Shown piece by piece: positions 29,983-40,499 of a stretch of DNA of 64,000 nucleotides (positions within the stretch are counted from its first letter, which is position 1; every line of letters starts with the position of its first letter). The notes under the pieces are model-generated. The model made no database searches, was not told the DNA's origin, and was given only the letters and a program-made list of their open reading frames with translations. The DNA comes from Lachnospiraceae bacterium (GTDB taxonomy: Bacteria > Bacillota > Clostridia > Lachnospirales > Lachnospiraceae), in contig SVEA01000031.1 of assembly GCA_015057615.1 (NCBI GenBank), positions 11,432 through 75,431 on the forward strand, given 5' to 3'. Both the position numbers and the translations under genes were made by a program.

Positions 29983-30947
29983 TGGCAGATAAAACGAAAT
30001 TAGTAGAGATAAAAAACGTATCCAAGTACTTTAAGGTATCCGAAGGAACCTTAAAGGCAGTTAATGATGTTAATATTGATATTTATAAAGGGGAAACCTT
30101 AGGTCTGGTAGGGGAATCCGGCTGCGGTAAATCTACGTTTGGTAAAACTCTGATCGGTATTTACAATCCGACCAAGGGATCTATTATCTATCATACCGCT
30201 GATGGTAAGCCGATGAAGATTAATAAGAAAACGCTCTTTGCCTATTCGAAAATGGCGCAGATTATCTTCCAGGATCCTTACTCCTCTCTTGACCCCAGAA
30301 TGACGGTTGCCGATATTATTGAAGAGGGTATGATCATTCATAATATGTACGACCGGAAGAAACGCAGGGAAAGAGTGTATGAGCTTCTTGAGTTAGTTGG
30401 TTTGAACAAAGAGCATGCGAATCGTTTCGCTCATGAGTTCTCCGGCGGTCAGCGTCAGCGTATCGGAATCGCAAGAGCATTGGCAATCGAGCCGGAATTT
30501 ATCGTATGTGACGAGCCGATCTCTGCACTTGACGTATCCATTCAGTCGCAGATTATCAACTTGCTGCATGATCTTCAGAAGAAGCTTAATCTGACCTACC
30601 TGTTCATTGCACATGACTTAAATATAGTGAAATATATCAGTGATCGTATTGCCGTTATGTACCTTGGTAATATTGTAGAGCTGGCAACCAGTAAGGATCT
30701 CTATGAGAATACATTACATCCGTATTCTCAGGCACTGTTATCCGCTGTTCCCATTCCGGATCCGGATAAGGAAGCACAGAAGCAGAGACAGATCTTATCC
30801 GGTGATGTTCCCAGTCCGATCAATACACCGAAGGGATGCCCGTTTGCAGGACGTTGTCCATATGTTATGGATATCTGCAGACAGGAGAAGCCTGCATTGG
30901 AAATGAAGCAGGGACATCTGGTAGCGTGCCATAAGGTTACGAAATAA
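29982..30947 (+). CDS. oppF: Oligopeptide ABC ATPase
   Basis: GESGCGKS, FSGGQRQR, DEPI, GCPF...CP...C...CH. Confidence 0.95.
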   Translation: MADKTKLVEIKNVSKYFKVSEGTLKAVNDVNIDIYKGETLGLVGESGCGKSTFGKTLIGIYNPTKGSIIYHTADGKPMKINKKTLFAYSKMAQIIFQDPYSSLDPRMTVADIIEEGMIIHNMYDRKKRRERVYELLELVGLNKEHANRFAHEFSGGQRQRIGIARALAIEPEFIVCDEPISALDVSIQSQIINLLHDLQKKLNLTYLFIAHDLNIVKYISDRIAVMYLGNIVELATSKDLYENTLHPYSQALLSAVPIPDPDKEAQKQRQILSGDVPSPINTPKGCPFAGRCPYVMDICRQEKPALEMKQGHLVACHKVTK

Positions 30948-30962
30948 TAAAATACTTTTTAT

Positions 30963-31003
30963 AATCACAAACACCCGCAGACTTTTTGCGGGTGTTTGTG
31001 ATT
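30963..31003 (+). terminator. Intrinsic terminator of opp operon
   Basis: Perfect 17-bp stem AATCACAAACACCCGCA / TGCGGGTGTTTGTGATT. Confidence 0.8.
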
Positions 31004-31238
31004 CTGGAGAAATAAATTTGTATCAATTTCTTGCAGAGAATTCATTTGTAGGTTTTCAAATTTATCCTGTAAGCAATTTCTGGCATGGTGTGCGATAAGT
31101 AAGTTGGTTTCTGTATTTAGCAGGGGTTATTTTGTAAAAAAGGAGATAAAAATAGATTGCATATTAACGCTGTTAAGTATAATATGAAAGATAATTAATA
31201 GTTGACCTATGAGAATTTTATTTACTTAGGAGGATGAT

Positions 31239-31793
31239 TTGGTGAAGGACTTTGTTATTCGAAAAGCTACTCTGGCGGATGCGGCTGAGATTTTGGCGAT
31301 CTATACACCGTATATTCTTGAAACTGCAATTACATTTGAAAGTGAACCAATTTCCCTCGAAGATCTTAAGAAACGAATGGAAAAGATTCAAGCAAAGTAT
31401 CCCTGGGTGGTATGTGAGACGGAGGGTCATATTGTTGGGTATGCATATTGCTCCAGGTTTCGGGAGCGGGCATCCTATGATTGGGACTGTGAATGCTCGA
31501 TTTATGTGAAGGACGGATTTCATGGAGCTGGTATTGCATCCATGCTTTATACGAAGCTTTTTGATCTTGCCTACCGGTTGGGATATTATAATATTTATGC
31601 AGTTATCGGCTATCCCAATGAACGAAGTGAAGCATTGCATAAGAAATTTGGATTCCGAAAGGTCGGTATCTTGGAGAATGCTGGTTACAAATTAGGAAAA
31701 TGGCGTGATGTCATGATTATGGAGAAAAAGATCAATTCCTCTGAAGAGGCACCTGCAAAGCCAAAGCGGATCAGTGAAATATCTGATTTTTAG
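31239..31793 (+). CDS. GNAT N-acetyltransferase (phosphinothricin acetyltransferase-like)
   Basis: TAITFE, GYAY, SIYV...GAGIAS, SEALHKKFGF, GYKLGKWRDV. Confidence 0.88.
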   Translation: MVKDFVIRKATLADAAEILAIYTPYILETAITFESEPISLEDLKKRMEKIQAKYPWVVCETEGHIVGYAYCSRFRERASYDWDCECSIYVKDGFHGAGIASMLYTKLFDLAYRLGYYNIYAVIGYPNERSEALHKKFGFRKVGILENAGYKLGKWRDVMIMEKKINSSEEAPAKPKRISEISDF

Positions 31794-31794
31794 T

Positions 31795-31877
31795 AAAATA
31801 TTGCTTCCTGTTACTTTAGTATTCCATTGATTTGTGCAAATTAATGAAGGCGATTTGCTAGGATAGCTTTTGACACT
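31795..31877 (+). repeat. Family B repeat, linker plus right-end fragment
   Basis: TTGCTTCCTGTTACTT matches 41880-41894; ATTCCATTG...GATAGCTTTTGACACT is the reverse complement of 9919-9977. Confidence 0.75.
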
Positions 31878-32001
31878 AAAATCTATATTCTGAAAATATG
31901 GAATTTCATGTATGGTAGTTAGGACCGAAAATATTTGCAACATTTGATAGAATATCATCGGATGATTTCGAAGAAAAAAGAATAAGGAAATGCATTGCAT
32001 G

Positions 32002-32038
32002 AAAAGGGGATAATCTGTAAATTAGATTATCCCCTTTT
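32002..32038. terminator. Intrinsic terminator
   Basis: Perfect 15-bp stem AAAAGGGGATAATCT / AGATTATCCCCTTTT. Confidence 0.75.
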
Positions 32039-32051
32039 TCTCATTTCAAGG

Positions 32052-32080
32052 TTGAAATAAGTAAATCGGTAATATATAAT
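32052..32080 (+). promoter_or_regulatory. Putative sigma-A promoter of EPS locus
   Basis: TTGAAA-17-TATAAT. Confidence 0.6.
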
Positions 32081-32180
32081 ACAACTATTGGAAATAAATG
32101 GTATATACGAAATAGAGCAATATTCCTTTAATAATTATACATAGGAGCGAATATAATTACGAGTAACGGAGGAGCTATTT

Positions 32181-32906
32181 ATGCTTGGGTTTGTCGATAT
32201 CCACAGCCACATTCTTCCGGGTGTCGATGATGGAGCCGGAGATATAGAGGAAGCGATTTGTATGCTTGCTATCGCATATGAGCAGGGAATTCGGATTATG
32301 ATAGCAACACCTCACTATTCTGCCGGCAGGGACAATATAGCAGCTGACGAGTTGAAAAAAATAACAAAAGAGGTAGGCTTAGCCGTACATAATGCAGGAT
32401 TAGATATTCAGCTTGTTCTTGGTAATGAACTCCTTTACAGCATGGATCTTGTGGATGCATTAGATAAAGGCGAAGCCCTTACCATGGATGGGACGCGGTA
32501 TATTCTGGTGGAATTTCTCCCGAGCACGTCATTTCAGGAAATCAAAAGCGGACTTAATCATTGTATTTATTCAGGCTATATCCCAATACTTGCCCATGCG
32601 GAACGATATCGTTCTTTAAGGGCGCAGCCGGAGAGGGTAGAAGAGCTGATTCGGCTGGGCGTCTATATTCAATTGAATTTATCCAGCCTTGTTGGTGGAA
32701 TAGCAAAGCAATCGGTACATTTTGCCCATAAACTGATAAAACGAGGATGGGTTCATTTCTTAGGAACGGATGCACATGGAGTAGAGAGAAGGCCGCCGGT
32801 CATAGAGAATGCCTTGGGATATCTATATCGAAGATATGGGGAAGATATAATCCAGCAGCTGCTATGGGATAATCCACTCCGCATGCTGGAGGATAAACCT
32901 TTATGA
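32181..32906 (+). CDS. CpsB/CapC PHP-family tyrosine phosphatase
   Basis: DIHSHILPGVDDGA, ATPH, LAHAERY, TDAH. Confidence 0.93.
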   Translation: MLGFVDIHSHILPGVDDGAGDIEEAICMLAIAYEQGIRIMIATPHYSAGRDNIAADELKKITKEVGLAVHNAGLDIQLVLGNELLYSMDLVDALDKGEALTMDGTRYILVEFLPSTSFQEIKSGLNHCIYSGYIPILAHAERYRSLRAQPERVEELIRLGVYIQLNLSSLVGGIAKQSVHFAHKLIKRGWVHFLGTDAHGVERRPPVIENALGYLYRRYGEDIIQQLLWDNPLRMLEDKPL

Positions 32907-33023
32907 AGATACCTTTCATTCTTAAAAATTATAACATAGGACGAAGTAGCATTTATTAAGAGTGAAAAATTAAATGCTTTCACATACAGAACAAAACTTA
33001 AGATGATATAAGGAGTAAAGAAG

Positions 33024-33782
33024 ATGAAGCAGGATAACGTGGATGTTATAGAAATCAACTTTAAGGAAATATTCTATTTAATAATCCATCGGCTATGGAT
33101 TATCTTACTGAGTGGTTTTATTGGAGCCGCAGGAGCAGGAGCCTGTAGTAGCTTCTTGATGGAACCGGTCTATACCTCTACCACAATGGTATATGTGATC
33201 AGCCGGCAGGACGGGGAGAAGACAACCTATTCGGATTTGCAGATGGGGGCGCAATTAACCAAGGATTATTCGATTCTGGTTAAGAGCCGTCCGGTGACAG
33301 AGCATGTAATTGAGAAGTTTGACCTACCGATCACCCATGAAGAACTGGCTGACATGATTTCGGTCGAGAATCCGGAAGGAACAAGAATACTGGAAATTGC
33401 AGTAGAGTATTCGGATCCCAAGATGGCGAAACAGCTTGCGGATGCAATAGCAAAGGAAGCCTCCGGGAGAATGGTGAGTATCATGGAAATGGAGAAGGTC
33501 AATGTCCTTGAGCCCGGTAACCTTCCGATTCATCCGACGAGTCCGAAGGTGCCAAGAAACATACTTCTCGGCGGAGTAATCGGTGTTATTGTGTCGGCAT
33601 TTGTAATCATAGTCCTTCATTTGATAAATGATACCATACGGACGTCAGAGGATGTCGAACGATATCTTGATATGACGACTCTTGGAACGATACCAAAGAT
33701 AGAAAATAAAATGGGGAAGAAGAAAAACAAAGAGCTCATAGAAAATAAGATAGTACTGGAGAGCTATGGGAGAATAGGATGA
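33024..33782 (+). CDS. Wzz/CpsC (CapA) chain-length determinant
   Basis: Two TM segments, PVYTS, PTSPKVPRN. Confidence 0.9.
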   Translation: MKQDNVDVIEINFKEIFYLIIHRLWIILLSGFIGAAGAGACSSFLMEPVYTSTTMVYVISRQDGEKTTYSDLQMGAQLTKDYSILVKSRPVTEHVIEKFDLPITHEELADMISVENPEGTRILEIAVEYSDPKMAKQLADAIAKEASGRMVSIMEMEKVNVLEPGNLPIHPTSPKVPRNILLGGVIGVIVSAFVIIVLHLINDTIRTSEDVERYLDMTTLGTIPKIENKMGKKKNKELIENKIVLESYGRIG

Positions 33783-34477
33783 AGCAGATAATTTTAGAAA
33801 AATTAAATGATTTGGATTTTCAAAGTAATGAATCCTATAAGGCGTTACGGACGAATATACAGTTCTGCGGAAGTGATGTAAAGCTTCTCTGCTTTACCAG
33901 CTGCCTTCCGGATGAAGGTAAATCCAATGTATCCTTCCGTCTGGCAGCTTCGTTTGCGGAAAGCGGTAAGCGGGTAATTTATGTGGATGCAGATCTTCGG
34001 CGGTCGGTAACCATTGGAAGATATAAGCCGGATCAGGCAGTGCACGGCTTAACGCATTTCCTGAGCGGAATGATTCCTTTAGAGGAGATCTTGTATGAGA
34101 CCAATGTCATGAATCTGGATATGATTTTTACCGGACCGGTACCGCCGAATCCTTCGGAGCTGTTGGGCAGTGAACTATTCATCAAATTAATCGAAATGCT
34201 CCGGGAGGGGTATGATTATGTGATCATTGATACACCGCCCCTTGGAAACGTTATTGATAGTGCAATTGTAGCGGAGCATTGTGATGGAGTTATTCTGGTG
34301 ATAGAAGCGAATGCGATCAGCTACAAACTGGCTCAGAAGGTGAAGAAGCAATTGGAGAAGGGAGGCAGCAGGCTTCTCGGTGCCGTGCTGAATAAGGTAC
34401 CGGTCAAGGAAGGCAGCTACCGGTACTACGGGAAGAAATATAACAAGTATTCCAAAGAGTACTATCGTATCTACTAA
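33779..34477 (+). CDS. CpsD/CapB BY-kinase
   Basis: DEGKS Walker A, DADLRR, IIDTPP, C-terminal Tyr cluster; ATGA overlap. Confidence 0.94.
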   Translation: MKQIILEKLNDLDFQSNESYKALRTNIQFCGSDVKLLCFTSCLPDEGKSNVSFRLAASFAESGKRVIYVDADLRRSVTIGRYKPDQAVHGLTHFLSGMIPLEEILYETNVMNLDMIFTGPVPPNPSELLGSELFIKLIEMLREGYDYVIIDTPPLGNVIDSAIVAEHCDGVILVIEANAISYKLAQKVKKQLEKGGSRLLGAVLNKVPVKEGSYRYYGKKYNKYSKEYYRIY

Positions 34478-34556
34478 AAGCCTGAGGAATTAATTTAACG
34501 AAGAAGGCAGGAGAAACACGATATATAAGGGAAATCGATATGGAAATGAGGAAAAT

Positions 34557-35180
34557 ATGATAAAGCGATTTATAGTACCAATCATAACGAGTTGTATTAT
34601 TATTTTTATAATCTGTGCAGCTGCACAGGAAAGAAAGAGCTTACAGGCATATGAATTTGATAATATTCCGGCAATGGCGGAGGAAATCAGAGTGATACAG
34701 GCAGCCACGCTATCCGCAAATGATGAAGAGAAGATACCTTCCGGAACGATTACCTATCTGCAGGATTATTTAAAGTCTTCTCTGGTGGATCTGGGTGACA
34801 AGAATGCGGATGAATTAAAAGAGCTGATCAGGGAGCTTAGATTTATTTTTACAATAGAAAAGGAAAACGAATTAGATAAAATGACAATTGACGGAAGAGA
34901 GATCGCAGTAAATTTGTTAAAGCGAATTTATGCAGTCTGCGGGGCAACGTTAGAGTATAACCTAAGCGGAGAAATTGAACGGGTGGAGGATCCGGGGGGC
35001 AATATTCTTTATCAAAATAAGAATCAAGTACCGCAGGGGAACTTCGAGATGGGAGCACTTTTACTTGTACTCACAGTTATTCTGGCATTACTTACCCTAG
35101 GTATTATCCTCACACAAAAGAGCCAAATATTTGCAGGGGATGTGATATTCGATGGATTTGATGAACAGGAATATGCCTAA
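34557..35180 (+). CDS. Hypothetical membrane protein (N- and C-terminal hydrophobic segments)
   Basis: 207 aa in EPS operon, overlapping next gene. Confidence 0.65.
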   Translation: MIKRFIVPIITSCIIIFIICAAAQERKSLQAYEFDNIPAMAEEIRVIQAATLSANDEEKIPSGTITYLQDYLKSSLVDLGDKNADELKELIRELRFIFTIEKENELDKMTIDGREIAVNLLKRIYAVCGATLEYNLSGEIERVEDPGGNILYQNKNQVPQGNFEMGALLLVLTVILALLTLGIILTQKSQIFAGDVIFDGFDEQEYA

Positions 35181-36573
35181 CAAGTACCTTCTGCTTGTTG
35201 ACCTGTGCAGTATCGTTGTGTCTTTCCTGCTTGCAGCGTGGATTCGGTTCGGCAGCATAGTAAATAAATGGATGAAGGGAAGAACGCTTGGTACCGCGTT
35301 TACGATCGTTATCCTGCTGTACATTGTGATTTTCTATTTCTATGATACCTATAGCAGGCTTTTTAAACGGGGCTATGTTGAGGAATTAATCACTGTGGCA
35401 AAGATTAATGGGATACTGGCAGTAACCTTAATGGCTGTTATGTATCTGCTGCAGGAAGGTGCAACATTTTCTAGATTATTTTTTCTGTGTTTTATATTTT
35501 TGAATTTACTGATCGATTATACGCTGCGGCAGTATTTTAAGCTGCTGCTGTTGGGAGTCTATAAAAGGAGTAATTCCAGCAATAAGATTATGGTTATCAC
35601 AACCTACAATCAGGTACATAAGGTGTTATCCCAGATCCGTAAGGAAAATGCCTGGGAATATCAAATTACAAGTCTGACCATCCTGGATAAAAATCTGGTG
35701 GGACAAAAAATCAATGGGATAGAGGTCGTTGCGGACTATCTTAGTATGTTCGAGGTGGCAAAAAAAGATGTATTGGATGGTGTGTTTATCCACTTGCCGG
35801 AGGATGGCTGGGTAGACCTTGATCTGGATGAACTTGTTCTTGAATTTCAAAACATGGGAATTACGGTAGACATCAGTATCAATACGTTTGGATTGAAGAT
35901 ACATGAGAAGGTGGTCCGGGAGATGAGCGGATACCATGTACTTACGTTCAGTACAAGAATCTTCGATGAAAGTCAACTGGTACGAAAGCGCTTTATGGAT
36001 ATTCTCGGTGGATTAATCGGCTGTATCCTAACCGCTATTCTAATGATTTTCATTGCTCCGGCAATCTATATGGAGTCTCCGGGTCCCATCTTCTTCTCTC
36101 AGTTGAGGGTAGGAAAGAATGGCAGAAGATTCCGTATCTATAAATTCCGTTCCATGTATCCGGATGCAGAAAAACGAAAAGCAGAGCTTATGGATCAGAA
36201 TGAAATGAACGGATTGATGTTTAAGATGAAGGATGATCCGAGAGTGACGAAGGTGGGTAGATTTCTTCGAAGAACCAGCCTGGATGAATTTCCGCAATTC
36301 TTAAATGTACTAAAGGGGGATATGAGCCTCGTCGGAACAAGACCACCTACGGAGAAGGAGTTTCTGCAATACGAATGCCGGCATAAGAGAAGACTGGCTT
36401 TAAAAGCAGGAATTACCGGGCTATGGCAGGTGAGCGGGAGAAGTGACATTACGGATTTTGAGGATGTAGTGAAGTTGGATCTGGAGTACATTGATCATTG
36501 GTCGTTAAGGATGGATCTGAAAATATTGATGAAAACGGTTGGCGTGGTTTTGTTTGGGAAAGGGTCAAGGTAA
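35152..36573 (+). CDS. Priming glycosyl-1-phosphate transferase (CpsE/WcaJ-like)
   Basis: N-terminal TMs, KRFMDI, KFRSM, DDPRVT, TSLDEFPQ, GTRP, GITGLWQVSGRS. Confidence 0.93.
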   Translation: MDLMNRNMPNKYLLLVDLCSIVVSFLLAAWIRFGSIVNKWMKGRTLGTAFTIVILLYIVIFYFYDTYSRLFKRGYVEELITVAKINGILAVTLMAVMYLLQEGATFSRLFFLCFIFLNLLIDYTLRQYFKLLLLGVYKRSNSSNKIMVITTYNQVHKVLSQIRKENAWEYQITSLTILDKNLVGQKINGIEVVADYLSMFEVAKKDVLDGVFIHLPEDGWVDLDLDELVLEFQNMGITVDISINTFGLKIHEKVVREMSGYHVLTFSTRIFDESQLVRKRFMDILGGLIGCILTAILMIFIAPAIYMESPGPIFFSQLRVGKNGRRFRIYKFRSMYPDAEKRKAELMDQNEMNGLMFKMKDDPRVTKVGRFLRRTSLDEFPQFLNVLKGDMSLVGTRPPTEKEFLQYECRHKRRLALKAGITGLWQVSGRSDITDFEDVVKLDLEYIDHWSLRMDLKILMKTVGVVLFGKGSR

Positions 36574-36576
36574 GGT

Positions 36577-37314
36577 ATGGAAAGAGAAAATAGAAGAATT
36601 ACGATCCTGGATACCATGATCGATGCGTTAACTATTCGAGAAACCATAGATCTGGTTGAGGAATACGTTCAGAGGAAGGAGCCGCTTCATTTAATGGGAG
36701 TGAATGCAGATAAGATCAATATGCTGGGTAAGAATCCCCGATTAAAAAAAATTGTGAACGGCTGTGGAATTATCAATGCGGATGGAGCATCTGTGGTTCT
36801 GGCAAGTAAGTTTTTGGGAAAGCAATTACCGGAGCGTGTTGCCGGTATTGATCTAATGCAAGATCTGGTTGCCTTAAGTGCGGATAGGGGATACCGCGTT
36901 TACTTCTTAGGAGCAAAGCAGGAAATCGTAGAAAAAACCGCAGCGGTATTAAAAGAAAGGTATCCCGACTTAAATACGGTTGGCATACATAATGGATATT
37001 TTGAAAAAAAAGATTGGCATGCGATCTACATGGAAGTAAAGAACGCAGATCCTGATTTTGTGTTTGTTGGCATAACCTCTCCGTTAAAAGAATATCTGGT
37101 AGACTACATGCAAAGGCAAGGGCTGAAATGTGTGTTTATGGGTGTGGGAGGAAGCTTTGATGTGATATCCGGTTCCATTCCCAGAGCCCCCGTATGGATG
37201 CAGAAAATGAATTTAGAATGGTTCTTTCGGGGTTTGCAAGAACCAAGGCGGTTATGCAAGAGATATTTTGTCGGTAATTTTAAATTTATTAAGGATGTGT
37301 TTAAGGAACGATAG
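36577..37314 (+). CDS. WecG/TagA/CpsF glycosyltransferase (GT26)
   Basis: NADK, DGASV, ERVAGID, GVGGSFDV, RAP, LEW. Confidence 0.92.
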   Translation: MERENRRITILDTMIDALTIRETIDLVEEYVQRKEPLHLMGVNADKINMLGKNPRLKKIVNGCGIINADGASVVLASKFLGKQLPERVAGIDLMQDLVALSADRGYRVYFLGAKQEIVEKTAAVLKERYPDLNTVGIHNGYFEKKDWHAIYMEVKNADPDFVFVGITSPLKEYLVDYMQRQGLKCVFMGVGGSFDVISGSIPRAPVWMQKMNLEWFFRGLQEPRRLCKRYFVGNFKFIKDVFKER

Positions 37315-37338
37315 AATGGTTTGACAAAGGGGTTTCGT

Positions 37339-38433
37339 ATGAAAAAAGTAATGGTTGTTTTTGGCACAAGACCGGAAGCAATTAAGATGTGTCCGCTCAT
37401 CAATGAACTGAAAACCAGAAAAAATATAAAAACAATGGTATGCGTTACCGGTCAGCACAGACAAATGCTGGACCAGGTATTAAAGGCGTTTCATATTGTG
37501 CCGGATTACAATCTTTCTATTATGAAGTACAGGCAGACCTTATTCGATGTTACTACGAATATATTAAATCGAATCGAAGCGGTTCTTAAGGCGGTAAAGC
37601 CGGATATTGTTCTGGTACATGGAGATACTTCCACAACATTTGCTGCGGCATTAGCCTGCTTCTACCATCAGATTCCGGTGGGGCATGTTGAGGCTGGCTT
37701 AAGAACATATAACATCTATTCGCCATTTCCGGAGGAATTCAACCGGCAAGCGGTCGGGATTATATCAAGATATAATTTTGCACCAACGGAATTGTCAAAA
37801 CAGAATTTAATAAAGGAAGGAAAGGACAGAGCTTCCATCTATGTTACCGGTAATACCGCCATTGATGCATTAAGGACGACGGTGAAGAAGGATTATGAGC
37901 ATCCAGAGCTAGAGTGGGCAAAAGGCAGCAGATTAATTATGATCACGGCACATCGAAGAGAAAATCTCGGGGAGCCTATGAGGCATATGTTTCGGGCAAT
38001 CCGGCGTGTAATGGATGAGCATCCGGATACCAAGGCGATATATCCGATTCACATGAATCCGGCAGTTCGTACGATTGCGGGGGAGATCTTAGGGAAGGAT
38101 GATCGGATTCACCTTATTGAGCCATTGGATGTATTGGACTTCCACAATTTTTTATCCCGCAGCTATCTCATCCTGACAGACAGCGGCGGAATTCAGGAAG
38201 AAGCGCCCTCTTTAGGGAAGCCGGTATTGGTTATGCGTAATACGACGGAACGGCCGGAGGGAATTCAGACCGGCACTTTAAAGCTGGCGGGCGTAGAAGA
38301 AAAATCGATTTATTCTTCATTTAAGACATTATTAGAAAACAAAGAGGAATATAGCAAAATGGCGAATGCTGTCAATCCCTATGGGGATGGGCATGCAAGT
38401 GAAAGAATCGCTGATATTTTAGAGGAAGGATAG
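37339..38433 (+). CDS. wecB: UDP-N-acetylglucosamine 2-epimerase
   Basis: FGTRPEAIK, HGDT, HVEAGLR, TAHRREN, TDSGGIQEE, PYGDG. Confidence 0.96.
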   Translation: MKKVMVVFGTRPEAIKMCPLINELKTRKNIKTMVCVTGQHRQMLDQVLKAFHIVPDYNLSIMKYRQTLFDVTTNILNRIEAVLKAVKPDIVLVHGDTSTTFAAALACFYHQIPVGHVEAGLRTYNIYSPFPEEFNRQAVGIISRYNFAPTELSKQNLIKEGKDRASIYVTGNTAIDALRTTVKKDYEHPELEWAKGSRLIMITAHRRENLGEPMRHMFRAIRRVMDEHPDTKAIYPIHMNPAVRTIAGEILGKDDRIHLIEPLDVLDFHNFLSRSYLILTDSGGIQEEAPSLGKPVLVMRNTTERPEGIQTGTLKLAGVEEKSIYSSFKTLLENKEEYSKMANAVNPYGDGHASERIADILEEG

Positions 38434-38463
38434 AAAACGAACTTCGAGGGAGAGGGAAAGTTA

Positions 38464-39513
38464 ATGACCGTATTGATGGTGGGAGTAGATGAAATAACAA
38501 AGGGCGGGATGTGGACCGTTGTAAGGAATTACCTTGAATCAAAGGAATTTGTAAAAAAAACCAATTTAATCTATGTTCCGACCTCCACCGTGGGGACGGT
38601 TTCTCATCGGTTGTGGTTCACTTTTCGGAATCTTATCAGAATTATCGGCATATTTTTGTATAAGAAAATTGATATTCTCCATGTACATATATCGGAAAAG
38701 GGAAGCGTGTTCAGAAAAAACATAGTGATTTGTATTGGTAAATTTTTTGGCGCAAAAATAGTTATTCATATGCATGGAGCTGCATTCGAAAGCTGGTATA
38801 GAGGATGTGTGGGTAAAAAGCAATCTAAAATACGTTCTATTTTGAATAAAGCGGATAAAATATTAATTTTAGGAAGGTATTGGAATGAATTTATTTCTAT
38901 GCTTGTAGAACGAGGTAAAATCGAAATCCTATATAATGCGGTTCGTGTAAGAGAGGTCAATGAATATAACGAGAGGAGCAATCGGATCCTGTATCTGGGT
39001 GTCATGACGCAAAGAAAAGGTCTGAATGATATCCTTACCGCAGTGAAGGAGGAAAATTGCTTACCGGATGGATATCAAGTGGTTCTATACGGACCGGATT
39101 TCGATTATGGAATCAAAGAGAAACTTCAGAGATTTCATTTGGAAGATAAAATAGAATATAAAGGATATCTAAATACCGGTGAGAAAGATGAGGTATTTGG
39201 GAATACAGCAATCAATATACTGCCCTCCTACCGGGAAGGATTACCTATGACAATATTAGAAACGATGGCATATGGAATTCCAAATATCACTACGGATGTA
39301 GCTGCGATTCCGGAAGCAGTAACTGATGAAAATGGAATCTTAATTAAGTCCGGAGATATAAAAGGCCTGGCAAAAGCGATTTATGAGTTATGCTCTAACC
39401 ATCAAATGCGATTAGAAAAAAGTAAAAAAGCTTATGAGACTATACAGGAGAAATTTAATTTGGAAAAGCATATGGGGCAATTGCTTCGTATATATTCTGA
39501 TTTATTATCATAA
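38464..39513 (+). CDS. GT4 glycosyltransferase
   Basis: HMHG, ILPSYREGLPMTILETM (EX7E). Confidence 0.9.
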   Translation: MTVLMVGVDEITKGGMWTVVRNYLESKEFVKKTNLIYVPTSTVGTVSHRLWFTFRNLIRIIGIFLYKKIDILHVHISEKGSVFRKNIVICIGKFFGAKIVIHMHGAAFESWYRGCVGKKQSKIRSILNKADKILILGRYWNEFISMLVERGKIEILYNAVRVREVNEYNERSNRILYLGVMTQRKGLNDILTAVKEENCLPDGYQVVLYGPDFDYGIKEKLQRFHLEDKIEYKGYLNTGEKDEVFGNTAINILPSYREGLPMTILETMAYGIPNITTDVAAIPEAVTDENGILIKSGDIKGLAKAIYELCSNHQMRLEKSKKAYETIQEKFNLEKHMGQLLRIYSDLLS

Positions 39514-39546
39514 TACGGAAGTAGTTTTACAAGTCGAAATTGATTT

Positions 39547-39708
39547 GAGTGTCAAAAGCAGATTTGTAAACCAACTTCGTCAATTTGTACAATTTATGTG
39601 CTGACAAGTAATAGAGCATATTTCATTTGCAATACATTGTTCATCAAGCATTGCAAAAATGCATACTTGGATTGTAGTACATAATGGTACATAAGATCAC
39701 AATACATG
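39547..39708 (+). mobile_element. Family B repeat (left end plus partial core)
   Basis: GAGTGTCAAAAGC start; colinear with 41667-41835. Confidence 0.75.
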
Positions 39709-39745
39709 GTATATCAAATTTTTATAGAGAGGTAAGGTCTATAAA

Positions 39746-40477
39746 ATGAGTAAGATTCCACATAGGATACATTATTGCTGGTTCGGAGAGGGCGAAAAGC
39801 CGGAAATTGTTAAGGAATGTATCGCATCATGGCAAAAGTATATGCCGGATTGGGAAATTATTGAATGGAACGAAAAAAATTACGATCTTCGTAAAAATAA
39901 TTTTATGAAGAAGGCGTATGCCTGCAAAAAATGGGCATTTGTATCGGATTATGCAAGATTTGATATTCTGAATCAATATGGTGGAATATATTTTGATACG
40001 GATGTTGAAATGCTAAAGGAACTTCCCAAGGAAATATTAGAATATGCAGCTTTTAGCGGAGTCGAATGGGCAGGAAAGGTAAGTCCGGGTTTGGTATTTG
40101 GATGTGAAAAGAATTTTCCGCTTTTGAATGAAATATTGGCAATATATAATAAAGCAGTTTTTGATGCCAAGAAGTTAAAAACAGTCAATGAATTAGTAAC
40201 CGATATACTTTTAAAAAAAGGGTTTGTCAAAGATAACTCCTTTCAGGTGATTGAAGGACTGGCTGTTTTTCCAAAAGAAATTTTCTGCGGATATAATACG
40301 GATATACGAGAGCCGGCGATTGTGCCGGAAACCATAGCTTATCATCATTATCTTGGCTCTTGGGTGAAACCTGCATTAAAAGTGAAATTACAGGACCGAT
40401 TAAAAAAACGGATCGGTGTTCAAAGGTATAGCCAATTATTATTTTTAAAAAGACGTATTACAAAATGCTTTAGGTAA
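39746..40477 (+). CDS. GT32/OCH1-like DXD glycosyltransferase
   Basis: IPHRIHYCWFG, AFVSDYAR, GGIYFDTD. Confidence 0.9.
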   Translation: MSKIPHRIHYCWFGEGEKPEIVKECIASWQKYMPDWEIIEWNEKNYDLRKNNFMKKAYACKKWAFVSDYARFDILNQYGGIYFDTDVEMLKELPKEILEYAAFSGVEWAGKVSPGLVFGCEKNFPLLNEILAIYNKAVFDAKKLKTVNELVTDILLKKGFVKDNSFQVIEGLAVFPKEIFCGYNTDIREPAIVPETIAYHHYLGSWVKPALKVKLQDRLKKRIGVQRYSQLLFLKRRITKCFR

Positions 40478-40499
40478 TGGAGGAAAGCGGGGAGAATTT

